From NCBI GenBank assembly GCA_051872635.1, contig JBJEEA010000003.1, forward strand, positions 6,236-70,235: 64,000 nt of DNA, written 5' to 3'. The number at the start of each line of letters is the position of its first letter. The stretch's first letter is position 1. A program made the position numbers and the translations under genes. The notes under the pieces are model-generated. The model was given only the letters and a program-made list of their open reading frames with translations. It did not search any database and was not told the DNA's origin. Positions 36,712-45,338 of the stretch are shown here, in pieces. This stretch comes from Bacilli bacterium (GTDB lineage Bacteria; Bacillota_I; Bacilli_A; RF39; UBA660).

Positions 36712-38620
36712 TAATGAACATTATGATGCTTCTGATATTCAAGTTTTGGAAGGACTTGAAGCAGTTCGGAAGAGACCAGGTATGTATATTGGTACTACAA
36801 GTTCTAGGGGACTTCATCATTTAGTTTGGGAAATAGTAGATAATGCTATTGATGAAGCTTTAGCAGGTTATTGTGATGATATTGAAATTATTGTTAATAA
36901 AGATGGATCAGTAACCGTTAAAGATGATGGTAGAGGTATTCCAGTAGAAGTACATCCTAAAACAGGGTTATCTACAGTAGAAACTGTATATACAGTATTG
37001 CATGCTGGCGGTAAATTTGGAGGTGGCGGATACAAAGTATCTGGTGGTTTACATGGTGTTGGTGCCTCAGTTGTTAATGCTCTTAGTAAATGGGTTGAGG
37101 TAACTGTCTATAAAGAAGGAAAAGTTCATTATATCAAGTTTATTAATGGTGGTCATACTGTTGAACCATTAAAGGTAATTGGTGAATGTAGTGAAGATAG
37201 AACTGGTACGACAGTTACTTTTATGCCAGACAATCAAATATTTCAAGAGACAACGACTTTTGATTATGAGACATTAAAAATGAGAGTTAGGGAACTTGCT
37301 TTCTTAAATAAAGGTCTTAAGATTACTTTAATGGATGATAGAGATGGTAAGAAAGACTCTTTTGTCTATGAAGGTGGTATTAAAGAATTTGTTGAATATT
37401 TAAATAAAAATAGGACACCAATTCACGATGATATTGTATATGTAGAAGGTATGGAAAACGATATTTCTATCGAAGTGGCTTTGCAATATAATGACGGTTA
37501 TAATGCTACTGTATATTCTTTTGTTAATAATATTATTACACCTGAAGGTGGTACTCATGAGGATGGTGTAAAACTTGCTTTAACGAGAATTATTAATAAT
37601 TATGCTAAGAATGCTAAAATACTTAAAGATAACGATGAACCTTTAAGTGGTGATGATGTTAGAGAGGGTATTACGATGATAATATCGGCGAAGGTGCCTG
37701 AGCCACAATTTGAAGGTCAAACTAAGACTAAACTTGGTAATAGTGAAGTTAGAAAGGTAGCGGCTAGTGTTTTTGCTAAGGATTTTGAAAGATTTTTGAT
37801 GGAACATCCAAACGATGCTAGAATAATTATTGAAAAAGCAATGACTGCGGCGAGAGCGAGAGTGGCTGCCAAAAGAGCTAGGGAATTAACGAGAAGAAAA
37901 GGTGGGTTAGAAATAACTAATTATTGGGGAAAACTTACTGATTGTTCTTCAAAAGATGCTACTATTTCGGAGATGTTTATTGTTGAGGGTGATAGTGCTG
38001 CTGGTAGTGCAAAAATGGGAAGAGATCCAATAACACAAGCAATACTTCCTATTCGTGGTAAAATACTTAATGTTGAAAAGGCTAGATTAGATAGAATTTT
38101 AGCTAATGAAGAGATTAGGACAATGATTACAGCTTTGGGAACTGGTATAGGTGACGAGTTTGATATTAGTAAACTTAGATATTATAAGATTATCATTATG
38201 ACTGATGCCGATGTTGATGGAGCACATATTAGAACACTTCTTTTAACGTTATTTTATAGGTATTTTAGACCACTTATCGAGAACGGGCATATATACGCTG
38301 CTCAACCACCTTTATATTCAATTAAACATGGAAAAATCATTAAGTATGTACTTGATGAGGAAGAGAGAGATAAATATTTGGCTACACTATCATCAAATAC
38401 TAAGTATGAAATTGGTAGAATGAAAGGATTAGGAGAAATGGATCCTGAAGAACTTAGAGAGACAACAATGGGAATTGATAATAGAATATTAAAACAAATT
38501 ACGATGGATGATGCTATTACAGCAGACGAAACTTTCCAATTACTTATGGGTGAGGAAGTAGAACCTAGAAGAAAATTTATTGAAGATAATGCTCTATTTG
38601 TAGAAAATTTGGATATATAG
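36704..38620 (+). CDS. gyrB: DNA gyrase subunit B
   Basis: [55 protein letters not shown]-like, [21 protein letters not shown]. Confidence 0.97.
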   Translation: MNNNEHYDASDIQVLEGLEAVRKRPGMYIGTTSSRGLHHLVWEIVDNAIDEALAGYCDDIEIIVNKDGSVTVKDDGRGIPVEVHPKTGLSTVETVYTVLHAGGKFGGGGYKVSGGLHGVGASVVNALSKWVEVTVYKEGKVHYIKFINGGHTVEPLKVIGECSEDRTGTTVTFMPDNQIFQETTTFDYETLKMRVRELAFLNKGLKITLMDDRDGKKDSFVYEGGIKEFVEYLNKNRTPIHDDIVYVEGMENDISIEVALQYNDGYNATVYSFVNNIITPEGGTHEDGVKLALTRIINNYAKNAKILKDNDEPLSGDDVREGITMIISAKVPEPQFEGQTKTKLGNSEVRKVAASVFAKDFERFLMEHPNDARIIIEKAMTAARARVAAKRARELTRRKGGLEITNYWGKLTDCSSKDATISEMFIVEGDSAAGSAKMGRDPITQAILPIRGKILNVEKARLDRILANEEIRTMITALGTGIGDEFDISKLRYYKIIIMTDADVDGAHIRTLLLTLFYRYFRPLIENGHIYAAQPPLYSIKHGKIIKYVLDEEERDKYLATLSSNTKYEIGRMKGLGEMDPEELRETTMGIDNRILKQITMDDAITADETFQLLMGEEVEPRRKFIEDNALFVENLDI

Positions 38621-38631
38621 GAGGTTAAGGT

Positions 38632-41175
38632 ATGGAAGATGAATTAAAAGTAGAAAGAGATAGAAAAGTCTCTGTTAATATTGTTGGAGAAATGAGAAAG
38701 TCTTTTCTCGATTATTCAATGAGTGTTATTGTTGCTAGAGCTATACCTGATGTTAGAGATGGCTTGAAACCCGTTCATAGAAGAATTTTATATACTTTAT
38801 ATGAAGAGGGTATGACTCCTGATAAAAAGTATCAGAAAAGTGCTAATGCGGTCGGTGCTGTTATGGGACATTATCATCCTCATGGTGATGCTGCAATTTA
38901 TGATTCAATGGTTCGTATGGCGCAAGACTTTACCTATAGACATGCTTTAGTCGATGGTCATGGTAATTTTGGTTCGATAGATGGTGACGGTGCTGCAGCT
39001 TCACGTTATACAGAGGCAAGGTTAGCTAAAATATCTATGGAACTTTTAAGGGATTTAAATAAGGATACTGTTGATTTTTCAGAAAACTATGATGGTCAAA
39101 GAAAAGAACCTGTTGTATTACCTAGTAGATTTCCTAATATATTGGTTAATGGTAATATGGGTATTGCGGTCGGTATGGCGACAAATATTCCACCACATAA
39201 TTTAGGGGAAGTTATTGATGGCTGTATTGCTTATATTGATAATCCTGATATTAGTGTTACAGAATTAATGCAATATATTAAGGGGCCGGATTTTCCAACT
39301 GCTGGTATTATTCTTGGTAATGCAGGCATTAAAAGGGCTTATGAGACTGGTAGAGGGGCTATTACTATTAGGGGAATGGCCAATGTTGAAGAGCATCATG
39401 GTAAAGAGAGAATTGTTATTACTGAAATTCCTTATCAAATTAATAAGAAGGCTCTAATTACAAGAATTGGAGAACTTGTTAGAGATAAAGTAATTGATGG
39501 TATTTCTAATTTGAGTGATGAATCTGCTCTTGAAGGTATTAAAATAGTTATTGATGTTAAGAAGGAAGCCAATGCTAATGTTGTTTTAAATAATTTATAT
39601 AAGCATACGCCACTTCAAACTTCATATGGTATAAATTTTTTGATGCTTGTTGATGGAAGCCCTAGAACTTTAGGTTTAAAGGAGATACTAGAAAAATATA
39701 TTGATCATCAGAAACATGTTATTTATAGAAGATGTCAATTTGATTTAAAAAAATATAAGGATCGTTTACATGTATTGGATGGTTTAAAGATAGCTCTTGA
39801 TAATATTGATGAGGTTATTAAGATTATTAAAGAGTCACAAGATGATGAGGAAGCACAAGTTGGGTTGATGAATAATTTTGGATTGTCGGAAGTTCAAGCT
39901 CAAGCAATTCTCGATATGAGACTTAAACGTTTGACAGGACTTGAAAAATCTAAGATTGAAGAGGAAATAGAGGAACTTGAAAAACTTGTTAAAGAGTTAG
40001 AAGAAATACTTGCTAGTGAAGAAAAGATTCTAGGAGTTATTAAGAAAGAAATGCTTGAAATTAAAGAAAAATATGCTGATGAGAGAAGAACACATATTGA
40101 TATGACAGCGGTTGATTTTATTGAAGATGAATCTTTAATTCCTGTTGAAAATATTATTATTACCTTGACAAATAAAGGTTATATTAAGAGACTTAATTCT
40201 GATACTTATAAATCTCAAAATAGGGGTGGTATGGGTATTAAAGGAATGTCTACTAATGAGGAGGATTTTGTTGAACATTTAATTAATTCTACAACGCATG
40301 ATTATATATTAATGTTTACTAATAAAGGTAAGGTATATCGTATTAAAGGTTATGAAATCCCTGAATTTAGTAGGCAATCTAAGGGGTTACCTATTGTCAA
40401 TTTACTTAATCTTGAAAAGAATGAAAAAATTACCTCACTTTTAAATGTTTCTTCAGATGATGATAGTAAATATTTGATATTTGCAACTAAGTTTGGTTTA
40501 ATTAAGCGTACTAATATTTCAGAGTTTGAAAGTATAAGAAATAATGGTAAAAAATTTATAACTCTTAAAGATGGTGATGAACTTGTATCTGTTAAGAAAA
40601 CCAGTGGAAACGATGAAATTTTAATGGCTTCTTCTAATGGTCGTATGGTTCGTTTTAATGAAACTGCTATTAGAGTTATGGGAAGAAGTGCTGCTGGTGT
40701 TAGGGGAATTAATTTAGACGGTGGTACTTTAGTAGGCATGGAAATAGCGTCTAATGATCAATTTATTTTAGTTGTCACTGAAAAAGGATACGGCAAGAAA
40801 ACACCTATAGATGAATATAGAATTACCAATCGTGGCGGAAAGGGTGTTAAAACTGTTAATGTAACTGATAAAAATGGTTCTATTGTATCATTTAAATCTG
40901 TTGATAATAGTAAAGATGTAATGATTATTACTGATTCTGGAATTGTTATTAGACTTAATGTTGATAAAATTTCAACGATGAGTAGAGTTACTCAAGGTGT
41001 TAAGCTTATTAATTTAAAAGAAAATAGTTTTGTAAGTTCAGTATCAATTGTTGATAAAGAGGAAAATGATGATAATGTTGATACTGACTCTTTGGTAAAT
41101 GATAGTAATAATACTGAAGTGGCTGTTGATACAATAGTAGAAGAAAATACGAACAATGAAAGTGATTCTGAATAA
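38632..41175 (+). CDS. gyrA: DNA gyrase subunit A
   Basis: RAIPDVRDGLKPVHRRILY, HPHGDAAIYD (QRDR), catalytic AASRYTEARL, acidic C-terminal tail. Confidence 0.97.
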   Translation: MEDELKVERDRKVSVNIVGEMRKSFLDYSMSVIVARAIPDVRDGLKPVHRRILYTLYEEGMTPDKKYQKSANAVGAVMGHYHPHGDAAIYDSMVRMAQDFTYRHALVDGHGNFGSIDGDGAAASRYTEARLAKISMELLRDLNKDTVDFSENYDGQRKEPVVLPSRFPNILVNGNMGIAVGMATNIPPHNLGEVIDGCIAYIDNPDISVTELMQYIKGPDFPTAGIILGNAGIKRAYETGRGAITIRGMANVEEHHGKERIVITEIPYQINKKALITRIGELVRDKVIDGISNLSDESALEGIKIVIDVKKEANANVVLNNLYKHTPLQTSYGINFLMLVDGSPRTLGLKEILEKYIDHQKHVIYRRCQFDLKKYKDRLHVLDGLKIALDNIDEVIKIIKESQDDEEAQVGLMNNFGLSEVQAQAILDMRLKRLTGLEKSKIEEEIEELEKLVKELEEILASEEKILGVIKKEMLEIKEKYADERRTHIDMTAVDFIEDESLIPVENIIITLTNKGYIKRLNSDTYKSQNRGGMGIKGMSTNEEDFVEHLINSTTHDYILMFTNKGKVYRIKGYEIPEFSRQSKGLPIVNLLNLEKNEKITSLLNVSSDDDSKYLIFATKFGLIKRTNISEFESIRNNGKKFITLKDGDELVSVKKTSGNDEILMASSNGRMVRFNETAIRVMGRSAAGVRGINLDGGTLVGMEIASNDQFILVVTEKGYGKKTPIDEYRITNRGGKGVKTVNVTDKNGSIVSFKSVDNSKDVMIITDSGIVIRLNVDKISTMSRVTQGVKLINLKENSFVSSVSIVDKEENDDNVDTDSLVNDSNNTEVAVDTIVEENTNNESDSE

Positions 41176-41259
41176 GATCACTTTTTTTATTAGTGTTGCG
41201 TTTGTTGATTTTCTTTATATTTTTGTCTGTATTTAGGTGTTAGTAGTGTTATTGTATGA

Positions 41260-41285
41260 AAAATTATTTCCCGGGAAATAATTTT
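41260..41285. promoter_or_regulatory. Noc-binding site (NBS) D downstream of gyrA
   Basis: 26-bp perfect palindrome aaaattatttcccgggaaataatttt, core 41265..41280. Confidence 0.8.
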
Positions 41286-41315
41286 AATAAATGCAAACAT
41301 TTGTTTGCATTTATT
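41286..41315. terminator. 13-bp-stem hairpin directly after NBS D (possible gyrA terminator)
   Basis: aataaatgcaaac attt gtttgcatttatt; AT-rich, no clean T-run. Confidence 0.4.
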
Positions 41316-41322
41316 AAAATAT

Positions 41323-41351
41323 TTGAAATATAAAGTAAAAAGTGATATTAT
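41323..41351 (+). promoter_or_regulatory. Promoter of the SRP RNA gene
   Basis: TTGAAA-17 nt-TATTAT with TG at the extended -10 position. Confidence 0.5.
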
Positions 41352-41357
41352 GTTGTT

Positions 41358-41432
41358 GATACAACATTAATTGGTGGAACCAAGTCAGGATCGGAAGATA
41401 GCAGCTTTAACACTTTATTAATGTGTGTATCT
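41358..41432 (+). ncRNA. ffs: Signal recognition particle RNA, short (4.5S-like) form
   Basis: Domain IV core ccaaGUCAGGaucGGAAgauAGCAGCu with GGAA tetraloop closed by auc/gau; 5' gatacaacattaat pairs with 3' attaatgtgtgtatc; followed by T7 run; ends +/-5 nt. Confidence 0.7.
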
Positions 41433-41480
41433 TTTTTTGTTATTTTTATATAAAATTGTGATAGAGTAAAATTTATTTAA

Positions 41481-41496
41481 TGTTCCACGTGGAACA
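41481..41496. promoter_or_regulatory. parS site 1 (ParB/Spo0J binding)
   Basis: TGTTCCACGTGGAACA, perfect palindrome fitting TGTTNCACGTGNAACA. Confidence 0.85.
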
Positions 41497-41663
41497 TGTA
41501 ATTATCAACGATTTTAGTCGATATTGATTTTAATTATTTAAATATCGTTAAATTTGTATTTTATTAGTTATGATTTTTATAAAATATATATTTATACAAT
41601 AAAATGTTTTAAAAATAGTAAAATAACTATAATATAATATATATTTAAGTAATTTTATATTCA

Positions 41664-41679
41664 TGTTTCACGTGGAACA
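41664..41679. promoter_or_regulatory. parS site 2
   Basis: TGTTTCACGTGGAACA. Confidence 0.85.
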
Positions 41680-41777
41680 TTGAAATATTAACAATTAAAG
41701 TGGAATAATTAATTTGATGTATTAGTAAAAAGATTTTATTTTAATTTACAAATTTGCTGATGATTAATTAAAAATTA

Positions 41778-41793
41778 TGTTCCACGTGAAACA
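41778..41793. promoter_or_regulatory. parS site 3
   Basis: TGTTCCACGTGAAACA, identical to the classical B. subtilis spo0J-internal site as I recall it. Confidence 0.85.
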
Positions 41794-41958
41794 TAATTTT
41801 TTTATCAACAGGTTTGTAAATTAATTTATTAATATGTTTAATAATTTTAGATTGTATTATATTATTTGTTTAATCAGTTGTTTATTATAAATTAAACTAT
41901 TATTAAATTTTTGTGATAAAAATAAAATATTTTACTAATTTTTAAATAAAACATGTTA

Positions 41959-41974
41959 TGTTTCATGTGGAATA
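41959..41974. promoter_or_regulatory. Degenerate parS-like site 4
   Basis: TGTTTCATGTGGAATA, 2 mismatches (CATG core, AATA arm). Confidence 0.45.
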
Positions 41975-42035
41975 TGAAATTATATAAATTGAATTGTGAT
42001 ATTGTAAATGAATATTTTATATGGTAATATGTTTA

Positions 42036-42051
42036 TGTTTCATGTGAAACA
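42036..42051. promoter_or_regulatory. Degenerate parS-like site 5 overlapping the tadA 5' end
   Basis: TGTTTCATGTGAAACA, 1 mismatch (CATG core). Confidence 0.55.
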
Positions 42052-42068
42052 TGGAGTCGGTGAGTAAT

Positions 42069-42497
42069 ATGAATGATAATGATAAATTATTAATGGCTTT
42101 AGATGAAGCTAAAAAAGCGTATGAATTGGATGAAATACCCGTTGGGTGTGTTATTTTTAGAGAAGATGAAATAGTAGGCTGTGGATACAACAGAAAAGAG
42201 AGTGAATCTAATGCTATTTTGCATGCTGAGATTATTGCTATTGATGAAGCTTGTAGGAAACTTGGTACTTGGAGGCTAGAAGAGTGCTGTTTATATGTTA
42301 CTTTAAAGCCTTGTATGATGTGTATGGGGGCTATTATGGAGAGTAGAATAAAAAAAGTATATTATGGAACTGAAAATAATAGCGAACAAATGTATGATTT
42401 AAATAAAGTTTCTAGGCTTATAAGTCTTTATAATCTTGAAAATAATGATTGCTCTAGGATTTTGTCTGATTTTTTTAAAAAGAAGCGAAAAAAATAA
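42069..42497 (+). CDS. tadA: tRNA-specific adenosine deaminase
   Basis: EIPVGCVI, HAEIIAI, PCMMCMGAI zinc motifs; ATG 42069 preferred (GGAG 12 nt upstream) over ATG 42051. Confidence 0.85.
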   Translation: MNDNDKLLMALDEAKKAYELDEIPVGCVIFREDEIVGCGYNRKESESNAILHAEIIAIDEACRKLGTWRLEECCLYVTLKPCMMCMGAIMESRIKKVYYGTENNSEQMYDLNKVSRLISLYNLENNDCSRILSDFFKKKRKK

Positions 42498-42542
42498 AAA
42501 ATTCATTTCTTTTTATGTTATAATAGTACCGATAGGAGGCAT

Positions 42543-44195
42543 ATGGTGAGTTATTTGGCTTTATATAGAAAATATCGACCTGTAGATTTTGATAGTGTTT
42601 ATGGTCAAGAAGAAGTTGTTACTGTGATTAAAAATGCAATTATTAATAATAAGGTCTCTCATGCTTATTTATTTAGTGGTCCAAGAGGCACAGGTAAAAC
42701 TACTATTGCTAAGATTATTGCAAGACTTGTTAATTGTGAGAATCTTGTTGATGGCAAGCCTTGTGGAAAATGTTACAATTGTGTAAATTTTAATAACAGT
42801 AATGATGTTGTAGAAATTGATGCTGCTTCTAATAATGGCGTTGATGAAATTAGAGAGTTAAGAGATAAGATTAATTTGGTTCCATCAAATGCCAAATATA
42901 AGGTTTATATTATTGATGAAGTGCACATGCTTACTAATCAAGCTTTTAATGCATTATTAAAAACATTGGAGGAGCCTCCGGCACATGTTATATTTATTCT
43001 TGCTACTACTGAACCACATAAAATTCCTTTAACTATTTCCTCTAGATGTCAAAAATTTAGTTTTTCAAAGATAGATGATTTAAAAATTGTTGATAGAATA
43101 AAAGAAATTGCTAATCTTGAAAAATTGGATGTTGAAGAAGATGCTTTTTTTGAAATTGCTAGAATGGCTGATGGAGGAATGCGAGATGCTATTAATATTT
43201 TAGATCAATTAGTGGCATATTCTAATGGTAAGGTTACGCTTGATGATGTTTATAAAGTAGTTGGTACTGTTTCTTATATTGATTTATGTAATTTGTTAGA
43301 TAATATTAAAAATAATAATAAAGAAAAAATTATTGAATTTGTCGATTATTTGGATAAATCTGGTAAAGAAACTAACAGGTTTATTGGTGAATTAATTATT
43401 TTTTTGAAAGATATTATTATTTATAAAAATACAAAAAATTTGAGTAATATAAGAACTAAGAATGTTGCTATTAAATCTATTTGTAATTTATTAGATAGTA
43501 ATGATATTTATAAGCTAATAGAAATTCTTAATAAAATACAAAATGACATTAAATTTTCATCACATAGTTATATTATACTTATGACATCATTACTTAAATT
43601 TTCTGATGATATTTCTAATAGCGTTTCTTCACCTGAATTTAAGTCTGTTGAAAATAATAATGATGGGGAAAAAAGTAAAAAAATTATTTCCCGGGAAATA
43701 ATTTCGGAAAAGAAGAAGATAAATTATTTGTCAGAAGAGGAAATTGAAATTAGAATTAACAATGCTTTAGCTCTTGCTAATAAAAATGTCTTAAATATGA
43801 TGAAAGAAAAGTGGAATGAAATTGATAATTATATGTATGATAGTGGTTTATCGTTAGTGTCGGGTTTATTAAAAGACACTATGGTTGTAGTTGCTTCTGA
43901 AAAATATGTTATTGTTGCTAGTAAATCTGCTTCTGTTGTTGATAGAATTAATGAAAATATAAAAGAGGTTGAAAAATTGTTTTCTAAAATGTTTGGTTTT
44001 AATGTTAAAGTTGTAGCGATTACTTTAGCAAAATGGCAAAAGAAAAAGGAAGAATATATTTTAAATACAAAAAACGGAATTAAATATAGTGTAAAGAATG
44101 ATTTAGATTATTTAGAAAATGATAATGTAAATAGTAAAACTCCTGTTGATGAATTAATTGAATTAGTAGGAGATAATATGATAGAATATAAGTGA
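42543..44195 (+). CDS. dnaX: DNA polymerase III subunit tau
   Basis: LYRKYRP, Walker A GPRGTGKTT, zinc module CENLVDGKPCGKCYNC, IIDEVHML, SRCQKF. Confidence 0.93.
   Translation: MVSYLALYRKYRPVDFDSVYGQEEVVTVIKNAIINNKVSHAYLFSGPRGTGKTTIAKIIARLVNCENLVDGKPCGKCYNCVNFNNSNDVVEIDAASNNGVDEIRELRDKINLVPSNAKYKVYIIDEVHMLTNQAFNALLKTLEEPPAHVIFILATTEPHKIPLTISSRCQKFSFSKIDDLKIVDRIKEIANLEKLDVEEDAFFEIARMADGGMRDAINILDQLVAYSNGKVTLDDVYKVVGTVSYIDLCNLLDNIKNNNKEKIIEFVDYLDKSGKETNRFIGELIIFLKDIIIYKNTKNLSNIRTKNVAIKSICNLLDSNDIYKLIEILNKIQNDIKFSSHSYIILMTSLLKFSDDISNSVSSPEFKSVENNNDGEKSKKIISREIISEKKKINYLSEEEIEIRINNALALANKNVLNMMKEKWNEIDNYMYDSGLSLVSGLLKDTMVVVASEKYVIVASKSASVVDRINENIKEVEKLFSKMFGFNVKVVAITLAKWQKKKEEYILNTKNGIKYSVKNDLDYLENDNVNSKTPVDELIELVGDNMIEYK
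43681..43704. promoter_or_regulatory. Noc-binding site (NBS) E inside dnaX
   Basis: 24-bp perfect palindrome aaattatttcccgggaaataattt, core 43685..43700; translated IISREIIS in the inter-domain linker. Confidence 0.8.
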
Positions 44196-44209
44196 AGGAG
44201 AATGATATT

Positions 44210-44506
44210 ATGAATATGCAAAATATAATGATGCAAGCAAAAAAAATGCAGAAAGATATTGAAAAAATACAAAGCGATTTGGAATCTCAAGTTTATGAAG
44301 GAAATTCACAGTTGGTAACTGCTATTATTAATGGTAAAAATAAACTTATGTCTATTAAAATAAATGATGCTGATTTGTCTTCTGATGACATGGAAGTTCT
44401 TGAAGATATGGTTGTAGTAGCGGTTAATAATGCTATTGAAAAAATGGAAGCAGATAAAGCACAAAAACTTGGAAAGTATAGTCAATTTTTAAATGGTATG
44501 ATGTAG
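44210..44506 (+). CDS. ybaB: YbaB/EbfC family nucleoid-associated protein
   Basis: MNMQNIMMQAKKMQKDIEKIQ start, position between dnaX and recR; GAAGGAG SD 9 nt before ATG 44210. Confidence 0.88.
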   Translation: MNMQNIMMQAKKMQKDIEKIQSDLESQVYEGNSQLVTAIINGKNKLMSIKINDADLSSDDMEVLEDMVVVAVNNAIEKMEADKAQKLGKYSQFLNGMM

Positions 44507-44507
44507 T

Positions 44508-45101
44508 ATGTATCCAGAATGTTTAAAAAAAGTTATCGATTGTTTAAAAGATTTACCTGGAATAGGTGAAAAGACTGCTGAACGTTTGGCTTTTTCATTA
44601 ATAAATTTTAATAAAGAAAAACTAACTAATTTTTCAGATGCTCTTATTGATATTAGAGATAAACTTTCTAATTGTAAAATATGTGGAAATATTACTGAAA
44701 ATGATGTTTGTAATATTTGTTCTGATTCTAGTCGTAATGGAAAAATTGTTTTTGTTGTGGAAAAGTCAAAAGATATTGGAGTTTTTGAAAAAATTAATGT
44801 TTATAATGCAAAGTATCATGTTCTTGGTGGACTTATTTCTCCACTTGATGGAGTAGGACCAGATGATATAAATATAAATTCTCTTATTTTACGAATAAAA
44901 AGTGAATCAATAGAGGAACTTATTCTTGCTTTAAAGCCTTCCATTGAAGGTGAAACTACTATGCAGTATATTAAAAAGGTACTTGAAAATACAGGCGTTA
45001 GAGTTACTAGGATTGCTACTGGAATTCCTATGGGTACGGATATTGAATATATTGATTCTATGACACTTGAGTTTGCTTTAGATGGAAGAAAGGACATATA
45101 A
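44508..45101 (+). CDS. recR: Recombination protein RecR
   Basis: LPGIGEKTAERLAF HhH, zinc finger CKICGN...CNIC, Toprim VVEKSKD. Confidence 0.95.
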   Translation: MYPECLKKVIDCLKDLPGIGEKTAERLAFSLINFNKEKLTNFSDALIDIRDKLSNCKICGNITENDVCNICSDSSRNGKIVFVVEKSKDIGVFEKINVYNAKYHVLGGLISPLDGVGPDDININSLILRIKSESIEELILALKPSIEGETTMQYIKKVLENTGVRVTRIATGIPMGTDIEYIDSMTLEFALDGRKDI

Positions 45102-45137
45102 GTTTTAATTATTCATATATTTTACTGAGGTGAATGT

Positions 45138-45326
45138 ATGTTTAATAAAATTTTTCGAATATTAAAAAAAGTTATATTTGGATTTTTGTTTCTTTATGCT
45201 TATAATTCTTTTATGTTTTCTTTAGGATTTAATATTCCTATTAATGTATTTACTGTAGCTTTTGTTACTATTTTGGGTTTTCCTGGATTAGTTGGACTTT
45301 GCTTTCTTTCATTATTTGTCTTTTAG
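45138..45326 (+). CDS. bofA: Pro-sigma-K processing inhibitor BofA-like membrane protein
   Basis: NIPINVFTVAFVTILGFPGLVGL parallels B. subtilis BofA HIPINYVTVAIAGFLGLPGVLAL; conserved position after recR. Confidence 0.7.
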   Translation: MFNKIFRILKKVIFGFLFLYAYNSFMFSLGFNIPINVFTVAFVTILGFPGLVGLCFLSLFVF

Positions 45327-45338
45327 TGGGGTGATATT

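Noticed and set aside
41200-41500. Searched the flanks of the SRP domain IV hairpin for an Alu domain (long Bacillus-type scRNA)
   Set aside because: The flanks are an NBS, an AT-only hairpin, a promoter-like TTGAAA-17-TATTAT and a T7 terminator. There are no conserved Alu-domain loops or extended 5'/3' pairing, so the short form is annotated. Confirmation needs a covariance-model scan.
41481-42051. Repeated 16-18 bp palindromes in a gene-free AT-rich gap looked at first like a small CRISPR array or a satellite
   Set aside because: Spacing is irregular (183/114/181/77 bp). The repeats are individually palindromic and match the parS consensus exactly. There is no leader or cas context.
22589-43704. 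ATTATTTCCCGGGAAATAAT palindromes considered as a MITE/REP/Rickettsia-palindromic-element-like selfish insertion, or as conserved SmaI/XmaI restriction-modification targets
   Set aside because: The conserved part is only the 16-26 bp palindrome, with no flanking element body or target-site duplication. The core is identical to the experimentally defined Noc-binding site, which is the simpler explanation. The insertion-like behaviour in recF/dnaX is kept as a separate, lower-interest finding.
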